Of a stretch of 64,000 nt of DNA, positions 51,971 to 63,469 are shown one piece after another. Made by a program: the position numbers and the translations under genes. The notes below the pieces were generated by a model. It ran no database searches. It saw only the letters and a program-made list of their open reading frames with translations, and was not told where the DNA came from. Source of the DNA: Felis catus (Eukaryota); assembly GCF_018350175.1 (NCBI RefSeq), contig NC_058368.1:141734001-141798000 (forward strand), written 5' to 3'. The first letter of the stretch is position 1, and the number at the start of each line of letters is the position of its first letter.

Positions 51971-52180
51971 TTAATTCCTTTCCTTACCTCCCCTGCCCAT
52001 GGCCAAAGGGCCTAGTTCAACCTCCTGGTATTTCTCTATAGATGATTACAATGTTCTCACTGATCTCCCAGCCTCCTTTTTTGACCCTCTTTAACATTAT
52101 CAGTCACATTCAGACAACACAAATATTCTATAATAAAAACTGGTGCATGTTACACCTCTGCTATGACCCTTTAATGGGCC

Positions 52181-52590
52181 TGTATCAGTTAGAAAATGGC
52201 ACAAAATGCTGAATAACAAACAATCACAAAAATCTCAGATGCATGCAACAATAAGCATTTATTTGGCCTACGAATTATAGAGGTCAGCTGGGTTACCTGG
52301 CCTAGGCTGGGCTTTGCTGGGATGAGTTTGCTCTGGTCCATATGGCTCCTGGATATGTCCTCATGGTGATAGCAGAGATATAAGCAGGGAAATGGAAACA
52401 TACCAGGCCTTAGCTTGAAGCAGGTACACCATCACCTACACCTCATTTTATTGGCCAGAGCCAGTCACCTGGCCACACCCAAAGTCAAGAGGTAAAGAAA
52501 CATACTTTTATTTTTTGATAAGAAATGAAAAGTCACACAACAAAGAATGTAGATACAAAGAGGGGTGAAGAATTAGGGCCAATTAGCATC
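52181..52590 (-). mobile_element. MaLR LTR (MLT1-like)
   Basis: tgtatcagttag...aacaataagcatttatt...ttggccagagccagtcacctggccacacccaaagtcaag. Confidence 0.65.
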
Positions 52591-52838
52591 TTCAAAAAGC
52601 TTAGCATTTAAGGATAACTTTTCTTCCTTAGTGAGACAGAGACAGTACTCTATGAGGGCATCCTGCACCACCTTCCTAGCCTCATACCTGTTGCTCTACC
52701 CTTTGTTTAGGCCATTCTGAACTATATGCATATTCCTGAATGGGTCTTGCTATTTCTTCTCTCTTTGCTTTTACGTATGTTACTTTTTATCTTTATTAGG
52801 CAAACACCCACTTATTCTTCACTGCCTGGACTCAGATC

Positions 52839-53035
52839 TATTTATTTGTTTATTTATTCAGATGGAGAGAGAGAACAAGTGGGGGAGGGGCGGGGAGGGG
52901 GGAGGACAGAGGATACAAAGCGGGCTCTGTACTGACAGCAGAGAGCCCAAACTGGGGCTCGTACTCACAAACTGCAAGATCATGACCTAAGCCAAAGTCA
53001 GATACTTAACTGACTGAGTCACCCAGGTGCTCCCC
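52839..53035 (-). mobile_element. CAN-SINE nested in L2
   Basis: SINE body; L2 3' end ctcaataaatgtttgttgaatgaat near 53235-53260. Confidence 0.85.
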
Positions 53036-53799
53036 AACTCACAACTTCTTGACCAATCTTTCCCCAGGCAGAATAATTTTCAGCTCTTACCTTCATCCCA
53101 GCAGAATGGCCCACACCCCCTCTATCTTCACTTATCTTGAGCATATAATATCGAAACCCAGGACGACTCTTACTAGACTATGAATTTTTTAAGAACAGAG
53201 ATTTCTATCTTCAGTGCTTAGGATTTTACTGAGGCTCAATAAATGTTTGTTGAATGAATACAATCTTCCTAGGAACTAAGTAAGGCATACTGTGACAAAG
53301 GAGATCACATATATCTGGTTTTCAAGGGAAGTGAAACTCTAGTTGTAAATTAATACACTGATATCCTAGAAAAACATTTATTTAGCTTAGAACTTGATCA
53401 TTTTCAAATGAGCGGCACCAGGGGTCTCAACCTTGAATCATGGAACCACCAATAAGATGCCATACACCCAAGTGAAGAGTGGGCTAAGAGCCATCTGACC
53501 TTATCCATTACGTTACTATGCAGTACAGTTTGAAGACGGAAGAGACCTGAGGTATATATGCCTCATGAAAGGCACATCAGTAGGGTATATGAAGGAAATC
53601 AGAGGGCAAATCCCTTTCCAATATGTTAATAGCTAGAATCATTCACTGCTGAATTCTTGGAAGAGGTCCTAAAATCAGGTTGTGATTGATGACTCCACTA
53701 TCCACTATTATAGGAGAACAAAGGGAGGGACTGAATCCATGAAAAGCCGTCTTTGGAGTTCACATGACCTTCTGCGTTGCTATATTTAAAAATCACCTA

Positions 53800-54520
53800 T
53801 ACTTTCCTTGGTCAATACAGTCTCAATTTGGAGCGATAAATACCAGCCCCTTCTTTAAAACATCCATGGGTTTTGTATTCAAGGTGAGGCCCCAAGCAGA
53901 AACACCCTGTGACACCACCTAGATTTATAAATAGCCAAAAAAAAAAAAAAAAAGAACAGTTAGCTAGAAACAATGGAATCACTGTTTTTGTTTGCTTGTT
54001 TATGGGGAAAATGTAAATTAAGGAACAAGAAAACAACACTTTAGTCAATCAAGAGGCATAAATGGCACCCCCAAGGCTTTACACATTCAAGAGAGAGCTA
54101 ATTACAACATTAACAAACGCTTTACTACTATCAGGAGAGAGAACTAGCTGCTTCATCTGCTGCTTCCATTTCTAATTTCCTTAAATCCAGGAAAATGTAC
54201 AAAATGACTTTATGCCAATATTACATGCTACAAAGCAGAGTTCATTTGGGTGGTTCTGGCAAAGAGATTGTTCGTCAATGTTGTTAATGTACACTAGAAG
54301 ACATCTGATGTGAAATTCATAATTGAAATGTTATGAGCGGTTTAGCATATGGATCCTTCACATCCACTTAATTGCCAGTTTAGTAATAATTTTATGTAAT
54401 GAAGCATTATTAATAATACGTGAAATACTAAATTGACGTAATGCCCTAAAAACGTAATATGACATTTGCCACTGAAAGAATATTATGATTCCAGGTGTCT
54501 TTACTATGATTTCAAAAACA
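53800..54520. promoter_or_regulatory. AT-rich candidate conserved non-coding element
   Basis: Repeat-free, dense TAAT/ATTA cores, several CpGs retained in AT-rich context. Confidence 0.4.
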
Positions 54521-55454
54521 TATGTGATATTACATAAAACACTGAATTAATCTTTGGAAACAGCTTGGTTATGATGTATTTCAAATTGACTCACCAAGTT
54601 ATAATCTTTTTTTTTTTTAAGTGCAAAACTTTGCCTTATGGAGTCACATTGCAACTGTTCCTTGAAGCTCTCACATTGTTAGATGTTTGCCATCTTGCTC
54701 CTCCATGGCTGAGGTGGCATTTGATATGCCAGGAGGGGAAAACAAGACAGAAAAAAGGTTTGTCCCAGTCCAAGCACTGAAAAAATACAGGGAAGCAGAA
54801 GCCAAATGGTCTCTATCGACAGATCCTCAAAATTTCATCACATTTTAAGGATTTTTAAAGTATCTTAATAGTTTCCAAAACCTTCTGATTGGGGTCATGA
54901 TTATCATTTGTGAGGCCTGGGGGAAGAATGCAAGTGGAGGCTCACATACCATATGTTTACATACATATCAAACCATTACATAAAACATGATTTTTCCTAT
55001 TGACAGATATTCTGTCATGTTACCAAAATGGAAAAATATACAAAAAGGCTTGGTTTTTGTTGTTCCATTGATGGGCTTGGATGAATAATAAAATAAAAAT
55101 ACACATAATTCATAAAAAATTAAAATTCATTCCATAAAATGTGTTTTTCCTGCTTCTATTTCATTCAGCGAAATTACTAAAGATGCTAAACACTAAGCTG
55201 TGTTTTATTGACAGTAGTGACCTAAATGACTTAAAAATAGAATGTAACTGTATTCAGGACAGAAATTCTAATAATTTTCATAACCTGTAAATTAAATTTT
55301 AAAAAATTAATATTATTTTTCCAATAATTTCTCTTCTAAAATATTCAAAATTATATATTAAACTTAAAAGGCAGAATTAAAATAATGAATATAAAAACTT
55401 AAGTCTGTTCATTTAAATAATGCTGAAAATTCTAAATTAATATTTTGAATTTTA

Positions 55455-55629
55455 TTTCTTTTCAAAAGCTTATTCATTTTAAGAGAGTGTGCGTGAGTGG
55501 GGGAGAGGCAGAAAGAGAGAGAGATTCCCGAGCAGGGTCTGTGGAGCCCGATCTCACAAACTGTGAGAGCATGACCTGAGTCAAGATCAAGAGTTAGATG
55601 CTTAACGAACAGAGCCACCCAGGCACCCC
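55455..55629 (-). mobile_element. CAN-SINE
   Basis: TSD aatattttg(a/g)atttta. Confidence 0.85.
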
Positions 55630-56300
55630 AATATTTTGGATTTTAAATGAAATCTTATTAAGAATTTTATGCAGATAAAACTATTTGCAATTATAGCATG
55701 CAATGTCCATCTTGTTGCCAATGTAAAGAACTAGTATCACACTTTCACATGTATGTCTAGACAAATATATCTCTATCTATATTTATATACATATATAGAT
55801 ATTTGAGTAATATGAATAATTTAATACTGTAAAATGTTCCTAATCCACCAAGTACAACCATTGCAAATATTGCCCTAACTTGTCAACCAAGAATTGGAAC
55901 TCAACTGGAACGTGGAAGAGGAGTGAGAAAATGGGTGCTTAGCACTACTGGGAAACAATACTTCATAGTATAAGGGTCTATTGCATTCATGCTGACAGGA
56001 AGGATTTGACAAGTTAATTAATTTGTCTTTTCTCTTACCTAAGCGCTTTAGCCACTTAAATCCCCCTGCACTCAAAAGCAGTGTCCGTCTCTGAAGCTGG
56101 CAGTGGCACAACCCACAACTCTTCTCAGCATTTAGATGCAGTTGCTTTTTGTTTTGAGGACACAGGGTAGGCCACATGGAAAAGTGTTTCTTGGGGCTTG
56201 AAAAGTATTAGGCATATAAGCTGACATTCAGGGATTTGGGATTCCTATGTCAGCAATGAGTACTGGATCCTAAGTGACCAAGGTATAGGTGTTCCTTAAT

Positions 56301-56304
<4 letters not shown>

Positions 56305-56342
<38 letters not shown>

Positions 56343-56353
56343 CACGCGCGCGT
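56305..56353. repeat. (TG)n(CG)n alternating tract
   Basis: Direct reading. Confidence 0.92.
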
Positions 56354-57459
56354 TTGCACACGCATGTGTGTGTGAATGTGATTGTATGGTCCTCTAGAAT
56401 GCACGTCCCTGAACAAGGCCATCTCTTCCCTGGCTCTAAGTGCAGCACAGCATGTGGTACATGCATACTGAAAAAGTTTAATAAATGTTGCTTTCACACC
56501 AACTAACAACACTACCTCGTAGACTCTGTAATATTCCCCTACAAGCTTCCCTATTTGAGCCAGACTATAGCTTAAATCTTCCCCCATCTATATGTGGTAT
56601 GCTCTGGAGGAGTGGCCATCACTGGAGTTTTTGGGATGTCCAAGGCTGGTTTAGTTGGTTCACCTAGGTATTGCCATACTGCTTGTTAAAGTACTGAAAT
56701 ATCCTCATACCATTTGTTAAACAATAGTTTCCTTGAACCCCATATATGCATTCCACCCTCATGTCCCCCTCCTCCCTTCTCTGGGACGGTCTGCCCAAGA
56801 TCTCCATACAGAATCTCTCCAGGACCCTGCTTCAGTGCCTAAGCCACAAGTATTGCTCAATATTTCTAACATCACCTTTGTACATGTCTTACAGCAAGGC
56901 GAAAGTACAGGTGAAAGGGACAATGGATTAACACCATTCGCCCTTATACCAAATAGATCTATTTAAGAGAGCATCACTGGTAGAATATTGGTAGAATATC
57001 TCTGGATGGCACCAACTTATCTGTATAATAGAAGGAGGAGAGATGCCCTTTCATTGTGAGGTTGGCTATTGAAATCTGATTCAGGGTCAGCTAGGAGAGC
57101 TATTTCCATACTGACAGATGTTCAGTGGCTTTTGTCAAATGAGTTGGTGGCCTTTATCCAGTTCCAAGTGGCCAGATGTCCAAATCACTAAAATCACTAT
57201 TCTAAGCTGATGTGTGATCTGATTAAGGTCCTTCTTGGGCTTTTTGGCTCAGAGTTCAGAACTGAATTAGAGTGGAGATTGAGACAGACCTATAAAGAAG
57301 AGCTACCACACACTCTGATTCTAAGACAAAACCAAATAATGAAATGTACCCAGCACTAACCTACTTTGCAGATAAACCTAGAATTTAATCTTTATAAACT
57401 ATTATTTTAGCACTTTTCAAGAAGTCTGCAAGAAAATAATTTGTTATTAAAAATAGTTG

Positions 57460-57579
57460 TGGGGGCTGGGTGACTCAGTCAGTTAAGCATCTGACTCTTG
57501 ATTTCTGCTCATGATCTCATGCTTCGTGAGATTGAGCCCCACTCTGGGTTCCACACTGGGATTGTGGAGCCTGCTTGGG

Positions 57580-57618
<39 letters not shown>

Positions 57619-57677
57619 TCCTCCGCTGCTCACATGTGCTCTCTCTCTCAAAATATATAAAACCTAAATAAATAAAT
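57460..57677 (+). mobile_element. CAN-SINE
   Basis: Head, long (CT)n, A-rich tail. Confidence 0.88.
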
Positions 57678-57929
57678 AAAGTAATTGTGTTATTTCCATG
57701 TTGTATATTTTTTATACTGACCAGTAAAGGCTGAGAGAGTGAAATAAAGTAAGAAGAGTCTACATGGTGGGGCATTTTCCAAGTTGAAATCACTTACTTT
57801 GATTTCCAAACCCAAGTCAGCCCAGCCTCTTCCAACCTCAGATTGAGGATGGCCTAGAGTATCTTCTAGAGCTTGGCCCAGTACCAAATAGGAGTTGAGC
57901 TTTATATGTACTTTGCTAACGTCCATGTT

Positions 57930-58100
57930 CAGAGGCAGATCCAGCTTCTGTGGGGCCTTAAGCTCACACAATTTGCAGTCTCTCTTTAAGAAAAAGAATA
58001 CAAAATCATAAATTCAAAATTGCTAGGGTCCCCACCAGGGCCTTCAGAGAGTAAGGGCCCTGCAGCTTAAGCTTCATTGGTATTAGGGAAGATCTGTGTG
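57930..58100 (-). mobile_element. MER53-like hAT non-autonomous DNA transposon
   Basis: cagaggcagatccag...ctttaagaaaaagaatacaaaat...aaaattgctagggtcccc...gcttaagcttcatt matches the MER53 pattern from memory. Confidence 0.75.
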
Positions 58101-58289
58101 GGCTTTCTTTGTGTACCAGACACCAAAAGACTCCAGCTGTGACCTGTTTTCCTTTTTGTAGGTTTTTTTCTTGTGCTATTGCACCTACCCTAAAGGAGAT
58201 GCAAGCTAGGCAAAATTCATGAGGTTTATGTAGCAGGGGAAAATGGGATTTTCTGTCTTTACAAGAGATACAATTAAAGGACCACTCCT

Positions 58290-58502
58290 GGGGCACCTGG
58301 GTGGCTTAGCCGGTTGAGCGTCTGACTCCTAATTTCAGCTCAGGTCATGAACTCATAGTTTGTGGGATAGAGCCCTGTGTTGGGCTCCATGCTGACAACA
58401 TTCAAGCAGAGACTGTTTTAATTCTCTCTCTCCCTCTCTCTCTCTCTGCCCCTCTCCCACGTACTCTCTTCTCAAAATAAATAAATAAACTTAAAAAAAT
58501 AA
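58290..58502 (+). mobile_element. CAN-SINE
   Basis: TSD taaagg(a/g)ccactc(c/t)tg. Confidence 0.9.
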
Positions 58503-59116
58503 TAAAGGGCCACTCTTGAAATTTGAGCTCTGTGGCCATATGTGAAAAGGGTAGAATTTGTGCTTTTTTCAAGCTTAAAAATGGGGATAGCTGATAATTA
58601 CACCTAGAAAACTCTTTCAAATCAAGTATATACATAAACTCTTGTGTACTCTGAGATGTCCAATGAAGGGAAGCAGGCTCTTTATTGTATACTTAATGGC
58701 TTACCCCCTTACGGTGCCATACAAAGCCGAAGATGGGAACGGAACTGACATTATCATTACCATTATCACTCAGAAATTTTAGTTGAGATGTTGTTTCTGA
58801 AAGCCTATTTCTACTTGGTCTAAGAAAATAAATTATATAAACATTTTCACATCTGTTCCTCTTTCTAAGTTTATGGGAGGCGATGGCTTTGAGAGTCAGG
58901 TGGGAGTGCATGTTCTAGTGCAGCAGTCTGAGGAAAATCATACAAACGATGCTATGGGACAGCACGGATAAGACAAAAGGACCAGGCCCCTGAGCTGGGT
59001 AGGGCATATGTGATGGGGAGAAGAGGAGGCATATGGATCCTGGTGATGAAGGTGAAGTAACTCTATTTTTTTCATGAAAAATATTTCTAGATTTCCAAAT
59101 ATATCAAGATTTCTTT

Positions 59117-59134
59117 TTTTTAAGTATTTATTTT

Positions 59135-59173
<39 letters not shown>

Positions 59174-59327
59174 AGGGGAGGGGCATATAGAGAGGGAGAC
59201 AGAGGATCCAAAACAGGCTCTGAGCTGACAGCAGACAGCCTGATGTGGGGCTTGAACTCATGCACAGTGAGATCATAACCTGAGCTGAAAAGTCAGATGC
59301 TTAACGACTGAGACACCCAGGTGCCCC
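59117..59327 (-). mobile_element. SINEC_Fc-type CAN-SINE
   Basis: TSD tcaa(g/t)atttcttt. Confidence 0.9.
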
Positions 59328-59434
59328 TCAATATTTCTTTTAACTTACTTTTGGTTACTAACTTCTAACCAGGTTGTGGTGACTGTTCTTTAAAATGTGT
59401 TGAAATATATGACCTAGCAAATGACCTATTTTTG

Positions 59435-59657
59435 TTTTTTTTAATTTTTTTTTCAACGTTTATTTATTTTTGGGACAGAGAGAGACAGAGCATAAACGGG
59501 GGAGGGTCAGAGAGAGAGGGAGACACAGAATCGGAAACAGGCTCTAGGCTCTGAGCCATCAGCCCAGAGCCCGACGCGGGGCTCGAACTCACGGACCGCG
59601 AGATCGTGACCTGAGCTGAAGTCGGACGCTTAACCGACTGCGCCACCCAGGCGCCCC
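59435..59657 (-). mobile_element. Young SINEC_Fc
   Basis: CpGs retained; perfect 17-bp TSD caaatgacctatttttg at 59418-59434 and 59659-59675. Confidence 0.95.
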
Positions 59658-59659
59658 TC

Positions 59660-59800
59660 AAATGACCTATTTTTGGAAACGTTCCACTTGCGCTCAAGAA
59701 GAATGTCCACTCTCCAGTTATTGGTAGGAGAATTCTATATGTGCCCACTAAATGAAAGTTATTAATTGTGTTCAAATCTTCTAAGTCTTCAATGATTTTA
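59660..59800 (-). mobile_element. L1 ORF2 endonuclease-region remnant
   Basis: Translation LEDLNTINNFHLVGTYRILLPITGEWTFFLSASGTFPKIGH resembles the L1 EN-domain segment DIYRTLHP...YTFFSSAHGTFSKIDH. Confidence 0.75.
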
Positions 59801-60113
59801 TGTCTACCTAACTTACCAAATCTGAGAAAGAAAAGTAAAAACAACTCAATTTTTAAATGGGCAAAAGACCTGGATAGACAGTACACAGCCTAGAAAGCAT
59901 TTATAGCCAATATGCATCCAAGAGGATGCTTAACCTCATTAGTAATTAGAGAAACATAAATCAAGACCACAAAGAGATACCATTTCTCGTTTATTTAATC
60001 TGCAAAACTCAACAAGTCTGACAGTATCAAGTGCTGAAAGGATATGGATCAAGAAGTTTTCTTATATATTACAAGTGGGACTATATAACCACATTGAAAA
60101 ATAATATGGGGAT

Positions 60114-60335
60114 GAGGCGCCTAGGTGGCTCAGTCAGTTGAGTGTCCGACTTCGGCTCAGGTCATGATCTCACAGTCTGAGTTCGAGCCCCGCGTCAGGC
60201 TCTGTGTTGACAGCTCAGAGCCTGGAGCCTGCTTCGGATTCTGTGTCTCCCTCTCTCTCTGCCCCTCCCCCACTCATGCTCTGTCTCTCTCTGTCAAAAA
60301 TAAATAAACATTAAAAAAATTTAAAAAAAAGAAAA
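60114..60335 (+). mobile_element. SINEC_Fc-type CAN-SINE
   Basis: TSD gaaaaataat(a/g)tggg. Confidence 0.92.
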
Positions 60336-60347
60336 GAAAAATAATGT

Positions 60348-60564
60348 GGGTGGCACCTGGGTGGCTCAGTCAGTTAAGCATCCAACTCTTGATTTTGGCT
60401 CAAGTCCTGATCTCACAGTTTGTGAGATCGAGTTCCATGTCAGGCTCTGTGCTGACAGTGCAGGGCCTGCTTGGGATTCTCTCTCTCCTCTCTCTATACC
60501 CCTCTGCCCCGCTTGCAGGTGCACATGTGCTCTCTCTCAACGTAAATAAACACTAAAAAAAATA
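60348..60564 (+). mobile_element. CAN-SINE (tandem with previous)
   Basis: Head ggcacctgggtggctcagtcagttaagc; A-rich tail. Confidence 0.9.
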
Positions 60565-60860
60565 AAAATAATGTTGCATTACTTTGTAGAAGTGAACATT
60601 AATACACTCCAAGATTCATCAGTTCTATTCCTGGAGATACAGCCAAGAGTAACTCCTACATGCATGCATCAGAAGATGTGTGTAAAAAGTTCATTATAGC
60701 ACTACTTGTAAATAGCAAAAAACTAGAAGAGACTCAAAAGCCCACAACACAAGAATAAATAGCTAATGAAATATTATACAGCAGTACTAATGCAAGAACA
60801 TGGATGGATCTTAGAAATACAAGTTATTTGTATTTCTACAAAATACAAATGTTGGGGGGT

Positions 60861-61065
60861 GGGGCTGGGTGGTTCAGTTGATTAAGCATCCGACTTCAGC
60901 TCAGGTCATGATCTCGCAGTTCACGGGTTGGAGTCCCACATCCGACTCTGCACTGACAGCTCAGAGCCTGGAGCCTGCTTCAGATTCTGTGTCTCACTCT
61001 CTTTCTGCCCCTCCCCCGCTTGTGCTCTGTCTCTGTCTCTCAAAAATAAATAAACGTTAAAAAAA
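60861..61065 (+). mobile_element. SINEC_Fc-type CAN-SINE
   Basis: Body and tail canonical; complex 5' junction. Confidence 0.9.
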
Positions 61066-62099
61066 AGAAATATGAGTTATGTTTAAAAACATCAAATCCC
61101 AGAAGTTATCTACGGCATGTAATGTTTTATGCAGTTCAAAAACAACCAAAAAATTGTTTAGGCATGTATGTGTGTATGTATAAATATTAACATATGCAAA
61201 AAACATTTACCATATTGCATATATGTAAGGTAAATAAACATTTTAGGACAGTGATTATCTTATGGGAACAAGTGACAGGATGGGGGGAGCACAGAAGTAG
61301 ATGTAAGCTACTGTCAGTGTTTTAGTTTTGGGACTGATTGGTTTCATAAGTGTTCATTATAAGAGTAAATAAAGGATAGGACCACACATGGATAATGAAG
61401 ACTATGTGTCATAAACTAATGAAATAGAACACTTCTGTTCACTTGAGGTTCCATTTAAATATAAATAAATGAAAGCTAGAGGAAGGCCTGAAGAATGTCC
61501 AGAAATAATAAAAGGGTGGGAGATACCCAAGTTTTAGCTGTCTGTTTGTACTGTGAAGTATAATTTGGCCAGAATTCCAGACATCTGATCCCCTCAGAGC
61601 TGTTGGCAAACTATAACCCAAAGTGAAAGCCTAAGGCTGGGTTGATGGTAAGCAAGTCTGATGCTTATTTTCACACAACGATAGATGTCTCAGCTCCTCT
61701 CAGATTCAAGAGCAAGCATCTGTTGCAGATGCTGTTTGCAGATGCTCATCAGCCCCTGTCCACTCCCAGTCGTGACTCTCAGTTAATTCACAGGGTCAAA
61801 GGAGATGGATTTAGCCAACATTTGATGAACAAGCAGGAAGAGTTAAGGAAATGTATCATTCAACCTCACTCTTCTCCTGCCTTCCCATCTCTTTCCAGGG
61901 CCTCCCAATGGCCTCCCAAAACAAATGATGCTACAGCTACCTCTGGAAGCCAGAGGACAAAGGATCTATTGAGGTAGTCCATATAGGTCAGCCTCTCAGG
62001 GCACAGAGCAAGATGGAGAAGCAGAGGAGTAATTCCAGAGAGATAAACAGAAGATATCCAACAAGGAGACAGGAATAAAAGTGAGAGTGAGGTTTCTTA

Positions 62100-62385
62100 G
62101 AAAGCTTCTGAGAGACAGACTTTTTAGCCATCTTTTTGCTCTTTACTTCCTGGAATACAGACACGATGCCTAGAAGCACAGCCATCATATTTTGGACATG
62201 GAAGATGCAAAACACACGCTAAGAGTGGTGAATCAGAGAGAGCCTGGTTCCACAGGTGCCCTGAAACACCTATCCCTAGAAACACTACATGATAAAAACC
62301 AAAACCACCAAACAAGCAACCAATGAATATTTTAGTTACTTAATGTCAGGTTTCCAAATTCAGCCAGATGCAATACTGACTAATT
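62100..62385 (+). mobile_element. MaLR LTR remnant (MLT1-like)
   Basis: cctggaatacagacacgatgcctagaagcacagccatc...gagcctggttcc. Confidence 0.5.
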
Positions 62386-63469
62386 TAGATACCTTGCTAA
62401 AGTCTCCAATCAGATATGCTCAATTGTTAAGTTTCTGTCCTCTTTGATGTTCTAGACAGTAAGCATCATCTAGGAATGACTGGAGTTAATTGTTGATACT
62501 TCATAAAACATTCATCTTCCTTCTTAAAATTAAAAATTAACATAATTGAATTGACAGTAGAAATAAGCTGAAGTCAACAATTTTCTATTATCTGCATATT
62601 AATTGATACCCTAAAGTATTTTTTTAGCTCATTTAAGATAGCTCTGGGAGCAAATAAGGTGTCAAATTTGTAAAACTTGTTTAGCACTTCTACTTAAAAT
62701 GTCCACTTTTTAAGTTAAAAAAGTATTTGATATCTAGTGCACCAAACTGTATAAAGATTTTTTACCTAGAAAATAATTATGAAAATACAGCAAGAAATAG
62801 AATGATACCAAAATTACTCGTGTTTAAATAAATTCTCTCATAAAGATAAAATGAAACAGTTATGTCATAGCTGAATAAACAACAAAAAAAAGATAGTATA
62901 GCAAACTAAACTTGTACCTACTTATCCATATATCTACCTATTAGTATGTGTTATATGATGCATTAGATACTACTAAAGAGGCATACTACTTTCTGGTAGC
63001 ATCTATAATTTTTGAATATAAATTCATATTCTGACTACGCCAAAGAAGTCTGACAGTTAAAGGAATTCAACTGGTGGATTTTATGGTAAAGAAAATAACT
63101 ATATTCTAATTTAACTGTTTTATGAAATTTGCCTCTTATGAATTGGGGCAAACTGTATACAGATAAACCTGTGATTTGTGACCAATCTGAGTCTTTAGAA
63201 GCCTATTAAAGATTTTATACACTTTTATAGATCAGTTAGATCCCTCAGTCTCACAGTCACCAGTGGCCTATTCTAAGTGCATCCTTAAAGCCTAAACTGT
63301 GGGGTGCTGATGTTCAGAAAAATGAGGTGTCAGTGGGGTTGGTGACAGAAATTAAGAGTGGTGGGTCACAGGCAGGATCTCTATATGCCAGAGCATCCAC
63401 AGGGCATGCAGAGGGGTGGAATGTCTATACACACCAACTTCCCCTGGGCTCAGACATTGATGAAACTAG

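Larger units (their letters stand above)
59820..61400 (+). mobile_element. Old L1 3' region interrupted by three SINEs
   Basis: aaatgggcaaaagacctg...cattagtaattagagaaa...aaatcaagaccac...gatacca; later acatggatggatctt and ggacagtgattatct. Confidence 0.75.

Noticed and set aside
59464..59886. 140-aa ORF
   Set aside because: Chance fusion of an L1 endonuclease remnant and an inserted SINE
11345..61065. tRNA-like A/B box sequences
   Set aside because: All are heads of tRNA-derived CAN-SINEs, not tRNA genes
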